Source: Planctomycetota bacterium (lineage in GTDB: Bacteria; Planctomycetota; SZUA-567; H5-PLA8). Taken from it: a stretch of DNA of 45,265 nt. Under the pieces are notes generated by a model. That model worked only from the letters and a program-made list of their open reading frames with translations. It was not told where the DNA came from and ran no database searches. This document shows, one piece after another, positions 35,892 to 45,170 of this stretch (position 1 is the first letter of the stretch; each line of letters begins with the position of its first letter). The DNA lies in NCBI GenBank assembly GCA_038227875.1, contig JBBRPR010000065.1, forward strand, positions 1-45,265, written 5' to 3'. A program made the position numbers and the translations under genes.

Positions 35892-37022
35892 TTATGGTAG
35901 CAGATCGATCAGTCCTTGCTCGATCTTTTTCAGGCCGGCGGGATTCGGGGACGCTCCGTAGGCGCCTTCCACTTCCGGATCGACGCGCCACAGCTTTTCG
36001 TTGAGGAACTCGCCCGGATCGACAGCCTGCATGCCATAGACGGAGGCCGATTCCTGAACTTCACTGTTCATGCGCTGCCAGTATTTCTCCGGCGTGCCGA
36101 ACTGGAAGGGCGGGATCAGCGTGATCTGCTTGATGCCCAGCGCGACCAGGCGCGCCTGGATTGCGTCGACGACCATGCGGTAGACGCGCGGATCGCTGGC
36201 GACGCCGAGGTCCTCCGGCGGCAGGCAGATGGCCACGCGCGGCGGGTTGGGCAGCGCCGATCCGTCCTTGGGCGTCAGCTCGCGGACGATCTGGTCGAAG
36301 GCGCGGAGCGCCGGCATCGAGCCGTCGGCGGGGTAGGGGCCCAGCGCGATCCATTTCTGCTTGTCCTGCGTGTGCGCCGCGACGTTGAGCGGCCAGCGGC
36401 CGGGAATGAAGACAACCGACGAATCGCCTTTGCTCTTGGGCTGAGCGGGCGCGTCGCCGACGATCCACTTGATCGGCGCAAAAGCGCGGTTCTGGACTTT
36501 GAGCAGTCGGTGAACGACCGGAACGATCACGTCGCCGTTGTCCTTGGCGACGAGGCGTCCGTTGACGATCTTGGTCTCCGGCCACGCCATGCCGTCGCGA
36601 ATCAGGCGCACGTTGACTTCGCCGTACTTCCCCGTCGCCTTCTTCAACGTGAAGCGGATCGACGCCGCTTTGCGGATGTCCTGCGTGTACTGGCACTGCC
36701 CAAAGCCGCTCACGGGCGCCATCACCGCTTTGGTGACCTCTTCGGCCACGCCACCGGCGTCGTCGGTGACTTTGATGACGAGATCGAGATTGTCCTCCTT
36801 GCCCGTCGTGTTCTCGACGCGGAAGCACCCCGTGACGCTGTCGGCGTCATAAATGGCCTGCGGAAGATAATCAGTGATCAGGTAAAACGGCTCTTTTACA
36901 GCCGGAGCGGACTGCGTTGCGGGGCCGGATGGAGTTTGGGGCGCGGTCGGCGCCGTCTCTTCGGCGGCGGCGCCAAGTGTGATGGTGAGAATCGCGAGCA
37001 TGGGTAGCGTCATCTTGTTCAT
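35892..37022 (-). CDS. Secreted hypothetical protein, C-terminal half SGNH-hydrolase-like but degenerate
   Basis: Signal peptide MNKMTLPMLAILTITLGAAA-EE, Pro/Thr linker, beta-rich domain, then alpha/beta region ending GASPNPAGLKKI. Confidence 0.75.
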   Translation of the reverse strand: MNKMTLPMLAILTITLGAAAEETAPTAPQTPSGPATQSAPAVKEPFYLITDYLPQAIYDADSVTGCFRVENTTGKEDNLDLVIKVTDDAGGVAEEVTKAVMAPVSGFGQCQYTQDIRKAASIRFTLKKATGKYGEVNVRLIRDGMAWPETKIVNGRLVAKDNGDVIVPVVHRLLKVQNRAFAPIKWIVGDAPAQPKSKGDSSVVFIPGRWPLNVAAHTQDKQKWIALGPYPADGSMPALRAFDQIVRELTPKDGSALPNPPRVAICLPPEDLGVASDPRVYRMVVDAIQARLVALGIKQITLIPPFQFGTPEKYWQRMNSEVQESASVYGMQAVDPGEFLNEKLWRVDPEVEGAYGASPNPAGLKKIEQGLIDLLP

Positions 37023-37120
37023 GATTTTATCTCTCAAGAGTCGCTACGACTAACCGTTTGGACCGATGAACCGTCACTACTTCCCGGCTTGAGCCGAGAT
37101 CCGGCACCCTCGCGAGTGCC

Positions 37121-37141
37121 GAATCCCGATTCCCGATTCCC
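37121..37141. repeat. Heptamer repeat (GATTCCC)x3 next to a small CGGCAC/GTGCCG hairpin
   Basis: Read directly downstream of the aspS stop. Confidence 0.65.
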
Positions 37142-37146
37142 GTCCG

Positions 37147-38997
37147 TTACTTCTGTACCACGGGAGCTGTCGGCGCTGGCGGCGCCACCGGCTCTTCGAT
37201 CACTTTGATGCCCAGCTCCTTCAACTGCTTTTCAATCACCGTCACTGGCGCGCTGGTCATCAAGTCGACGCCCTTCTGGTTCTTGGGGAAGGCGCAGACG
37301 TCGCGCATGGCTTCCGTCTCCGTCAGCAACCACACCACGCGGTCCCATCCGAGCGCGATGCCGCCGTGCGGAGGCGCGCCGTATTGGAAGGCGTCGAGCA
37401 GGAAGCCGAACTTCTCGCGCGCTTCTTCTTCGCCGATGCCCAGCGTCTGGAAGACGCGCTTCTGGATTTCCGGATCGTGAATGCGCACCGAACCGCCGCC
37501 GAGTTCGTACCCGTTGAGCACCAAGTCGTAGCGGTAGCACTTCACGCGCTCGGGGTTGGTCTCGAGGTACTGCAAGTCGGCTTCGTGCGGCGAGGTGAAC
37601 GCATGATGCGCCGCTTCCCAGCGCTTTTCCTCGTCGTTGTATTCAAACAGCGGCGGGTCGACGACCCAGAAGCAGTTCCACTTGCCGTCAGAACCGTACT
37701 CCGGAATCATGCCGAACTTCTTGGCGAGATGGACGCGCAAGTTGGCCATGACCGTGTGAACCATCGCCGGTTTGCCAAACTGGAAGAGCAGCGTGTCGCC
37801 GTCTTCGGCGCCCAGCGCCTGGTTGAACGCCTGGCGCATGTCCGCGGAGATGTTTTTGGCCAGCGGCGCCTGTCCCCAACCGCCGCTCGCGTCGATTTTC
37901 GCCCACGCCAGCCCCTTCGCGCCCATGCCCTTGGCGAAGTCTTCGAGCTTGTCGATCTGCGAGCGAGGCAGCTCGTACTGCTTGGGCAGACGGATGCCCT
38001 TGATAATGCCGTGCGAATCGACGGTCATCTTCATCAGTTTCAAACCGCCGCCATCGAACTTCTTGACGATCTCGGTCAGCTCGACGTGCTCCAGCCCGAA
38101 GCGCGTGTCGGGCTTGTCGTTGCCGTACTTGCTCATCGCTTCGTCGAAGGGCATGCGCGGCAGAGGGAGCTTGAGCTCCACGCCCTTGGTCTCTTTGAGC
38201 AGCGCGGCGATCAGGCCTTCGATGATGGTGAAGATGTCGTCCTGTTCGACGAAGGACATTTCGATGTCGACCTGGGTGAATTCCGGCTGGCGGTCGATGC
38301 GCAAGTCTTCGTCGCGGAAGCAGCGCACGATCTGGAAGTAGCGCTCGTAGCCGGCGACCATCAGGAGCTGCTTGAAGAGCTGCGGGCTTTCGGCCAGCGC
38401 GTAGAACTTGCCCTTGTTGGTGCGCGAGGGCACGAGGAAATTGCGCGCGCCGCCGGGCGTGTACTTCACCAGGAACGGCGTTTCGACTTCGACGAAGCCG
38501 TTCTTCGTGAGGTAGTTGCGCACGGTCTGGGCGGCGGTGCTCCTCAGGCGGATGATGCGCTGCATCGGGCCGCGCCGCAGATCCAGGTAGCGGTACTGCA
38601 GGCGGATGTCGTCGTTGGCCGTGATGTCGTCGCGGATTTCGATCGGCGGCGTCTTGGCCTTGTTGAGGACCCGGAGTTCAGCGACGTCGATTTCGATCGT
38701 GCCGGTGGGAATCTTGTCGTTGCGCGTGCCTTCGGGGCGGACGCAGACCTGGCCGGTGACGGAGACGACCCATTCGCCGCGGAGCTTGGAGGCTTCGGCG
38801 TGGACAGCCGCGTTCTTTTCGGGCTTGAAGACGATCTGCGTGATCCCGTCACGGTCGCGCAAGTCGATGAAGATCACGCCGCCCATGTCGCGGTTAATAT
38901 GGACCCAGCCGGAGAGCGTAACGGTCTTCCCCGCATCGCCTTCCCGCAGTTCTCCGCAGGTGTGCGAACGGTACTTGTTGGGATGTGTAAACGGCAA
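37147..38997 (-). CDS. aspS: Aspartate--tRNA ligase (bacterial type with GAD domain)
   Basis: RSHTCGELR, YRYLDLRR, SPQLFKQLLM, CFRDEDLRIDRQPEFTQVD, GAPPHGGIALG; TTG start behind GAAGGAG. Confidence 0.97.
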   Translation of the reverse strand: MPFTHPNKYRSHTCGELREGDAGKTVTLSGWVHINRDMGGVIFIDLRDRDGITQIVFKPEKNAAVHAEASKLRGEWVVSVTGQVCVRPEGTRNDKIPTGTIEIDVAELRVLNKAKTPPIEIRDDITANDDIRLQYRYLDLRRGPMQRIIRLRSTAAQTVRNYLTKNGFVEVETPFLVKYTPGGARNFLVPSRTNKGKFYALAESPQLFKQLLMVAGYERYFQIVRCFRDEDLRIDRQPEFTQVDIEMSFVEQDDIFTIIEGLIAALLKETKGVELKLPLPRMPFDEAMSKYGNDKPDTRFGLEHVELTEIVKKFDGGGLKLMKMTVDSHGIIKGIRLPKQYELPRSQIDKLEDFAKGMGAKGLAWAKIDASGGWGQAPLAKNISADMRQAFNQALGAEDGDTLLFQFGKPAMVHTVMANLRVHLAKKFGMIPEYGSDGKWNCFWVVDPPLFEYNDEEKRWEAAHHAFTSPHEADLQYLETNPERVKCYRYDLVLNGYELGGGSVRIHDPEIQKRVFQTLGIGEEEAREKFGFLLDAFQYGAPPHGGIALGWDRVVWLLTETEAMRDVCAFPKNQKGVDLMTSAPVTVIEKQLKELGIKVIEEPVAPPAPTAPVVQK

Positions 38998-39091
38998 GAC
39001 AAACTCCTTCCATTCCTGTGGAACGTTGTGACGCCTGTTTCAGACGGTACAGAATATGGCGGATGCACGGTGGCGATGCAAGCGGTTCTGG

Positions 39092-39129
39092 GTCTCACGC
39101 CAAGCCGCAAAGGCGCAAAGAACGGCGGG
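39092..39129. repeat. CGCAAAG octamer-type dispersed repeat
   Basis: gtctcacgccaagccgcaaaggcgcaaagaacggcggg; same orientation as 44710-44751. Confidence 0.75.
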
Positions 39130-39166
39130 GGTGGGGTACGGACGGGCGGGTGAAGTCTCCTGCGAG

Positions 39167-39195
39167 ATGTTACCGAATGCGACAGAATGTTACCG
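39167..39195 (-). repeat. Phased GTAACATT repeats (10-bp period), inverted relative to 3843-3870
   Basis: Minus strand reads cg gtaacatt ct gtcgcatt cg gtaacat. Confidence 0.65.
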
Positions 39196-39269
39196 GTTTG
39201 AGCACCAATTAGCGCCGAGGGTCCATCGGCCAATGGTCAACGGGTGAATTCTGATTGATTTGAGCGATG

Positions 39270-42033
39270 TTACTTGATCTCACAGGACTCTTCCGTGGCG
39301 TAGGCGAGATCAACGCGCAGCAGCCGCCTGTTGATGGCATCGCCGATGTAGGCGTGCTTGTCCGTCACACCCAAGCCCGTGGGCCAGGCCATAGCGATCT
39401 CCGGCTTGGCGAATGGACTGACCAGGTCTTTAGGATCATCGGTCCTGCGAGGGCGGACGATGCCGGTCTTGGGGTCAATCACCTGCGAATCCGGGCCGCA
39501 GTTATCGGCGTTGCCGTAGCCTCCGAAGTTGACGATGGAATTTCCCGCCGTGTCGATCACCCGGATCTGGTAGAGGCAAAAGTCCGGGAAGAACGTCCGG
39601 CCGAATTCATCCACATCGAAGGTCATATTTTCACAGTTGCAGGCCCAAAGCCCGATATGCCCGACACCCGGGTGGACCCATTCCGCTCCGGTGATCTTGA
39701 CCGGAGAGAGCGAGCGGAAGAATAAATCCGCCTCGATTTCCTTGAGGCCGGCCGTCAGCTTCGCTGTTCCCTCGAACGGCTCGGGCTTTGCCGTTCCCAT
39801 GTACGTTTCACCGGAACCGAAATGAATCGTTCCACCTTTTGGGCTGAACTTGACGATGCTGCCATAGAAGCCGGCGACCAGGGCCGCCTGCCCCTCCAGC
39901 ACCTGTCCGGCGGCCGGCTTGCCAAGAGTCGGCTGCAGTTCCGGGGGAAATGCCCAGCCTCTGGGACGAACGATGTCTGCGACGTAGATATTGCCGGCAG
40001 CGTCGAACTTGGGTCCGACCGCGGCGTCAGTGAGCTTCCAAAGTATGGGATTCTCCGGCGACGTGACCCGCTTTCCACTGGGCAGGTATTCGTGCAGCGA
40101 CTTCATAATGCGACCGCCGCAACTCTCCATGGACGTCACTTTATCGACGCTATAGAGATAGGGCTCAATCACAAAGAGATGCCCGTCACTCCAGCGCACG
40201 CCCAGTGTATGAGGGAGTTCTCCCATGGCTACGGGAACATAGGCAGTCGTTTTGCCGTCCCAGTTCTGGAGGTCGTTCTTCATCTGACCGTATCGGGTCG
40301 GAAAGTTCAGTTTCATCTCCAGATCCGTGGGCTTTCGCGGGTCGGAGAACGGCAGCAGCTTGCCGCTGTGATCCCATTGATAGAAAGTATAGGGCCATTG
40401 CAATCCGTAGAGGTTACCGTTGGGAGCCGGCACCACCTGCGGTCCCAACCCGCCTCCGCCTTTGGGGAAGCCGTCGAGCAGTTCCGATTTCCCCGTCTCG
40501 TCGTCGAACCGCTCCCAGATGCCTCCGAAGTTGCCGTTACGCGCATACACTTCCTGGGTCCGTCGGTCGACAACCACGCCCAGGTAGCCCTCGTCAGTTT
40601 TCGGCTTGCCGCCGTCGGGTGCGGGCACTTGGGCGGCTACGAATTTGCCGTCGCCGTCCTCGATTCGGAATAGTTCTCCGAAATATCCAGCGGTTGTCCA
40701 GATGACCGTCGGCATCGGCTGATGCGTCCACCGCCATTGACCGGGTGTTGTCGGTTCGGCCGAACTTCAACGCGATGCTGCCCGCTGGCTTGACCGCTTG
40801 CCAATCTAGTGCCCCGGCAGCGGCCGGCGCCGCAGGCAAAGCGAAGCGCGTGAGGTTTGCGCCGCCATTGCGGCTGAAGACGTAGACGATTCCTTTGGCC
40901 GAGGCCGTGCCGAGCATCTCGGGATAGTCGGCCTTGAACTCACCCCGGTACTTACCGTCGGTCTCCCCGACTACGACCACGCGATTGTTCTCCGTGTCTG
41001 CCACCAGCAGCGATCCACGCCCGTCACTGGCAATGCCGCCGGGGTTGGCACCGAGATGCTCGCGATCGTTCCCGGCCTTCCTGGGGTCGCCGAAGAGGAG
41101 ATCCTGGCCGGAGCGCTCCGGCAGACCGATGCGGTAGATGGCGCTCAGCCCGGTCTTGCCACCATCGGCCACACCGGAGATGAAGAGTTGCTTGCCGTCT
41201 GAAGATACGCACAGGCTGGCCGCCGTAGTGATCGTCGGCTTCGCGCCGATCTTGCCCTCGTCGCCTTTTTTCAGCAACTGGACCATGGGCTCGGCGCATC
41301 CTCCGCTGGAATAGAAGCACATGATGCCCGCGTCCGTCGCGGCATAGATGCTTTTTCCGTCGCGGCTGACCGCCAGATTGCAGGGCTGAAAAATGCCGCT
41401 GCTGCTGAAGGATGGGTGGAGGTCCTTTTCCGCCCCCAGTACGGGGACCAGGCTGCCGTTGAGCTCCAGAACAGAGAATCCCTTGGCCGCCTTGTTGTCC
41501 GACGTGGCCGCAAAGGGCACCAGTGTCTGACGGTAACTTCCGTCGCGATTCATCGCCAGCAACTGGGAGTGTGAAAAGAAAGCCGGGAAGTGGCTATGAC
41601 GGACGTAGAGCGTCCCGTCCGGCGCCGTCCCCAGCGCAATTGCTCCAGCGAAACTCGGAGACCGTCGCGAGATAATCTTGTCGTACTTGGGCCGCAGGCC
41701 GAGGGCGACGCGAACCTTGAAGGGACCTCCCTCAGCGGGTTTGCCGTAGTCGGCCAGGCCGTCCCACTCGAGTTCCTGGCTGAGGCCGGTCTTGAACGGC
41801 GGCGGTGGATTCCCACCCAGTACGCCGGCGGCCAAATGCCGGATCACCTTGCCCTTGACGTCCTCGATGTAGACAGCCACATCCGTCGGCGCCGAGACGG
41901 CAAAAGCGATCTTCACCTTGTCTCCGGCCTTGCTGGTGGCGGGCTTGGCAGTAAATGTTGGGGGTGGCTCGCCTGCCGAAAGCGCCGCCGAACCCACGAG
42001 CAGGGCAAACCAGGCAATAGCCACTATCCTCAT
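39270..42033 (-). pseudogene. Large secreted FlgD-Ig-like + NHL/beta-propeller protein split by a single frameshift near 40713 (or sequencing error)
   Basis: ORF 42033-40594 (signal peptide, VIRHLAAG, LEWDG, VADTENNRV) turns to nonsense after VDASAD; ORF 40715-39270 continues PTVIW; removing one base gives one ~920-aa frame. Confidence 0.75.
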
Positions 42034-42059
42034 GACGATTCTCCTCATAATACGGAATC

Positions 42060-42196
42060 TGATTCCCATCTGATTCCGTATTGATTTCCTATTATTTCTA
42101 CACCAAGCTCCACCGTTCGCACTAAAAAAGTTCATATTTATCTCGACAGACTTGAATGGTTACAGGATAAGAGGATTGGGAATCAGAAGGAAATCA
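42060..42196. promoter_or_regulatory. Divergent promoter region with TGATT(C/T)C repeats at 11-bp period, candidate GntR operators
   Basis: TGATTCC 42060, 42071, TGATTTC 42082; inverted GGAATCA 42179, GAAATCA 42190. Confidence 0.55.
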
Positions 42197-42198
42197 GA

Positions 42199-42642
42199 AT
42201 GATCCATTCACGCCTTTCCAAAGAGCTTTCAGACCAGCTCAAACAACTGTCGCAGGCTCGAAAATTCAAGCCCGGCGAACTTTTGCCGGGACAGCGTGTA
42301 CTGGCCAAGGAACATCAGCTCAGCGAGAAAACCGTCCGTCGCGCGCTAAAAATGCTGGCCCTGGAAGGCTTGCTCGCACCGGAGGACCGCCGCGGCTACC
42401 GCGTGCTGGGAGGCACCAACGACCCGAAGCAGGGATACCCTTTTGCCTGCGTCATTTCCAAACCACTTCAGGAAACAGTGAGCTGGTTTGTCCGCCGGTT
42501 GACGAACGAACTGCAAGCCGCCGTCGGACCGCAGGCGATGATCCGGCATGGACGCGCACTGGTGTGTGGAATACAACTCCATCCCAAATTTCCTATACTG
42601 GTCCAGGCCATAGCGCCAGCCATCAGCCTCCAGACGGCATGA
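42199..42642 (+). pseudogene. GntR-family winged-HTH regulator, apparently truncated after ~residue 110
   Basis: FKPGELLPGQRVLAKEHQLSEKTVRRALKMLALEGLL..RRGYRV; the start of a sensor domain (FACVIS..ELQAAV) runs into unrelated sequence. Confidence 0.6.
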
Positions 42643-42652
42643 GACCTTATGT

Positions 42653-43126
42653 GTGCATAGACGTGTCTCCAATTTTCTCGCGGTGGTTTGCCTGCTTGGC
42701 CTCATCGCAAGTGTGTTCAGCGTAGCGCTGACATTTATCAAACCTGCGGGTTCAGCTTCATCGATTGCAGAGTTGTCGGAGGATTCGACCTATATTTTCA
42801 TTGGGATGCTTTTTTTTCTGGCTCTGGTCACCTTGGTGCGGAATAGAGGATTCGTTTTATCGGATGGATCCAATTTGAGAGTCTTGGCGCTCATTTGCAA
42901 ATTTGCTTTGGCCCTTGGGTTGGTTTGCACGATTGTGACGTTTCGAGGAACCCACGAAGTAAAGATCATTGAAGGCAGGTACTATCTCACATCGAGAGCC
43001 ATTCCACTAATGCAAACGTCGCTTATGGATTTTATGAGTGCGGGTTGGAACAACATTCGGTTTTTGTCGAGCATTGGTATTGCTGCGTTTGCGGCAGGCT
43101 TTCTTAGGCTAATGAGTAATGATTAA
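42653..43126 (+). CDS. AT-rich hypothetical membrane protein (about 4 TM)
   Basis: 157-codon open frame in AT-rich DNA with four hydrophobic stretches; codon usage unlike core genes. Confidence 0.6.
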   Translation: MHRRVSNFLAVVCLLGLIASVFSVALTFIKPAGSASSIAELSEDSTYIFIGMLFFLALVTLVRNRGFVLSDGSNLRVLALICKFALALGLVCTIVTFRGTHEVKIIEGRYYLTSRAIPLMQTSLMDFMSAGWNNIRFLSSIGIAAFAAGFLRLMSND

Positions 43127-43143
43127 CGCTGCTGTTAACGACA

Positions 43144-43246
43144 ACTTTTAGCCGGACAGATCAGGTACTCGTGTAGTGCATAATAAAGTTCAGCGCGTGA
43201 TACGAGGCAAGCCCCCGACCCGGCCACAACCACTTTTAGCCGGACA
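43144..43246. repeat. 15-bp direct repeat ACTTTTAGCCGGACA, 88 bp apart
   Basis: Exact copies at 43144-43158 and 43232-43246. Confidence 0.8.
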
Positions 43247-43298
43247 AATATGGGTCACGAAGGACCATGTCTCAGGCCTGTCCACGTTGAAAAACACT

Positions 43299-44309
43299 TC
43301 ATCCCAACTTCACCACCATCTTGCCAATGTTCTTGCCCTCAAAGAGACCGATGAATGCGCCGACCGCGTTCTCGATTCCAGAGACCGTCGTTTCTTTGTG
43401 CTTCAGCTTTCCGGCTCGGTAGTAGGCGCCGACTTCGTTTTCGAATTCTCCCTGCCGGTCCAGCCAGTCGCGTACGAGCATGCCTTTCATCGTCAGGCGT
43501 TTGGTGATCATGGTGTGGAGATTGGAGGGACCAGGGCGCGGCTTTTCATCGTTGTAGCCGGAAATTCCTCCGCAGGCGATGATCCGGCCGTGGACGCGCA
43601 AGGCGTCGAGCGCGGCTTCGAGCGCTTCGCCGCCGACCATGTCGAAGTAGACGTCGATGCCATCCGGACATTCGCGATTCAAGTGGTCTCGCACGGGGCC
43701 GTCTTTGTAATTGAACGCAACGTCGAAGCCGCATTCGTTGCGCAGGAAGTTGAGCTTCTCTGCCGAGCCGGCAGTGCCGATGACGCGGCAGCCGCGCAGT
43801 TTCGCCAGTTGTCCGGCGACGCTGCCGACAGCCCCGGCGGCTCCGGAAATGAAAATCGTTTCACCGGCTTTGACGTCGACGAGTTTCAGCCCGATCCAGG
43901 CGGTCATGCCAGTCATGCCCAGCGCGCCGAGATACACCGAGAGTGGTTGGACCTCGCGGTTGACTTTCTGCAGTTTTTCCGGAGCGGCGATGAACAGCTC
44001 CCGCCATCCCAGGTTGGAAAGAACGACCTCGCCCGGCTTGAATTCGCTGGCGCGTGACTCGACGACTTCGCCCACTGCACCGCCTTCCAGCGGCTGACCG
44101 AGCTGGAACGGTGCGACATAGGATTTGCTGTCGTTCATGCGCCCGCGCATGTACGGGTCCACGGACATGAATAGATTCCGCACCAGAACCTGGCGGTCCT
44201 GCAGCGGCTGCAGTTCGGTCTGCGCCAGGGCAAAATTGCCCGGGGTTGGAACGCCCGTTGGCCGGGAAGCCAGCCGGATTTCGCGGCTTGTGGGGTGGGG
44301 GTGGGTCAC
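43299..44309 (-). CDS. NADP-dependent oxidoreductase (CurA/YncB/prostaglandin-reductase-like MDR)
   Basis: LASRPTGVP, SVDPYMRGRM, LGMTGMTAW, SGAAGAVGS, GIDVYFD, CGGISGYN, GKNIGK; AGAGGAG before GTG 44309. Confidence 0.93.
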   Translation of the reverse strand: MTHPHPTSREIRLASRPTGVPTPGNFALAQTELQPLQDRQVLVRNLFMSVDPYMRGRMNDSKSYVAPFQLGQPLEGGAVGEVVESRASEFKPGEVVLSNLGWRELFIAAPEKLQKVNREVQPLSVYLGALGMTGMTAWIGLKLVDVKAGETIFISGAAGAVGSVAGQLAKLRGCRVIGTAGSAEKLNFLRNECGFDVAFNYKDGPVRDHLNRECPDGIDVYFDMVGGEALEAALDALRVHGRIIACGGISGYNDEKPRPGPSNLHTMITKRLTMKGMLVRDWLDRQGEFENEVGAYYRAGKLKHKETTVSGIENAVGAFIGLFEGKNIGKMVVKLG

Positions 44310-44353
44310 GCGTGTCTCCTCTGAAACTGTAGGGCTCGGATTGCCACGGCGGA

Positions 44354-44557
44354 TCATTCCGCGGGCAGAATTTCAACGTCCGTCTTGTCTCCGTAGTAGC
44401 GGTCGCGCCGAAAGGCTTCCAGATCCGCCGCATCCCTGGTCGGAAACAGGATTGCCCGGCTGCGCGGGAAGGGTTCGCCGGCATCGTCTTCAAAGCCGAT
44501 CATGCCGTCCGTGCGCTTGCCGAGGTATCGCGATCCGAATTTGACGACGTAGTTCAT
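44354..44557 (-). CDS. Small hypothetical protein (67 aa)
   Basis: GGAGG RBS 8 nt before ATG; GC3-rich codons; globular-looking sequence. Confidence 0.65.
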   Translation of the reverse strand: MNYVVKFGSRYLGKRTDGMIGFEDDAGEPFPRSRAILFPTRDAADLEAFRRDRYYGDKTDVEILPAE

Positions 44558-44709
44558 GGCTGGGTCCTCCACTGTGAATTCGACACCTTGTCGCGACTCC
44601 GTTGCCAAAAGCGTGCCACCACAAGTCTATTGGCATCGGGCGGTGGATCGGCATGGGTTGGCGATAATCAGTCAGTGCTGGCAGAAATTCGCAGGGGCTA
44701 AGCAACGGA

Positions 44710-44751
44710 TTTTGTCTCGCGCAAAGACGCAAAGACGCAAAGAACGGCGGG
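44710..44751. repeat. CGCAAAGA octamer-type dispersed repeat
   Basis: ttttgtctcgcgcaaagacgcaaagacgcaaagaacggcggg. Confidence 0.8.
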
Positions 44752-45170
44752 TGGAGGTGTTGCATGGGGATCGCCCGAAGGTCGGGGGGAGAGGAATGCA
44801 GGAGCGGGACGACCGGGGAAAGTGATGGGTTACATGGGTAGATCTCCGTGGGACGAGTGCAGGGACCTGAGTTGGGCGGAGCGGACTGGATGGTCTGAGC
44901 GGCGTGAGGACGTTGGTGTGGGTTTGTGGATTTCCTTTATATATCTATGCGGTTGATAAATGCAAAATTCAAGTAATATCTTGAAACTTCGTGTATAAAC
45001 GTTAAGTATTTTTCGAACTAAAAGAAGTTATGAGAATTTGGTTTTCAGTTCGCATGGGGCAGTTTTCGTTTCTATTGGCCGGGGACGCGCGATGAAGGTG
45101 ATGCGTCGTGTGGAAAGTGACCTTATATATAAAGCAACTCTCGACACTGAAAATCAAGGGAAATCTGGTG

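Noticed and set aside
40700..40725. Programmed ribosomal frameshift in the beta-propeller gene
   Set aside because: No slippery heptamer or homopolymer at the junction; a simple indel or sequencing error is more likely
43170..43200. Chromosomal dif site (GTGCATAA half)
   Set aside because: No XerD arm (TTATGTTAAAT-like) at 6-bp spacing
44830..44847. GGAG-N8-ATG-TAA minimal ORF on the minus strand
   Set aside because: Short enough to arise by chance and far from the next gene; no supporting evidence
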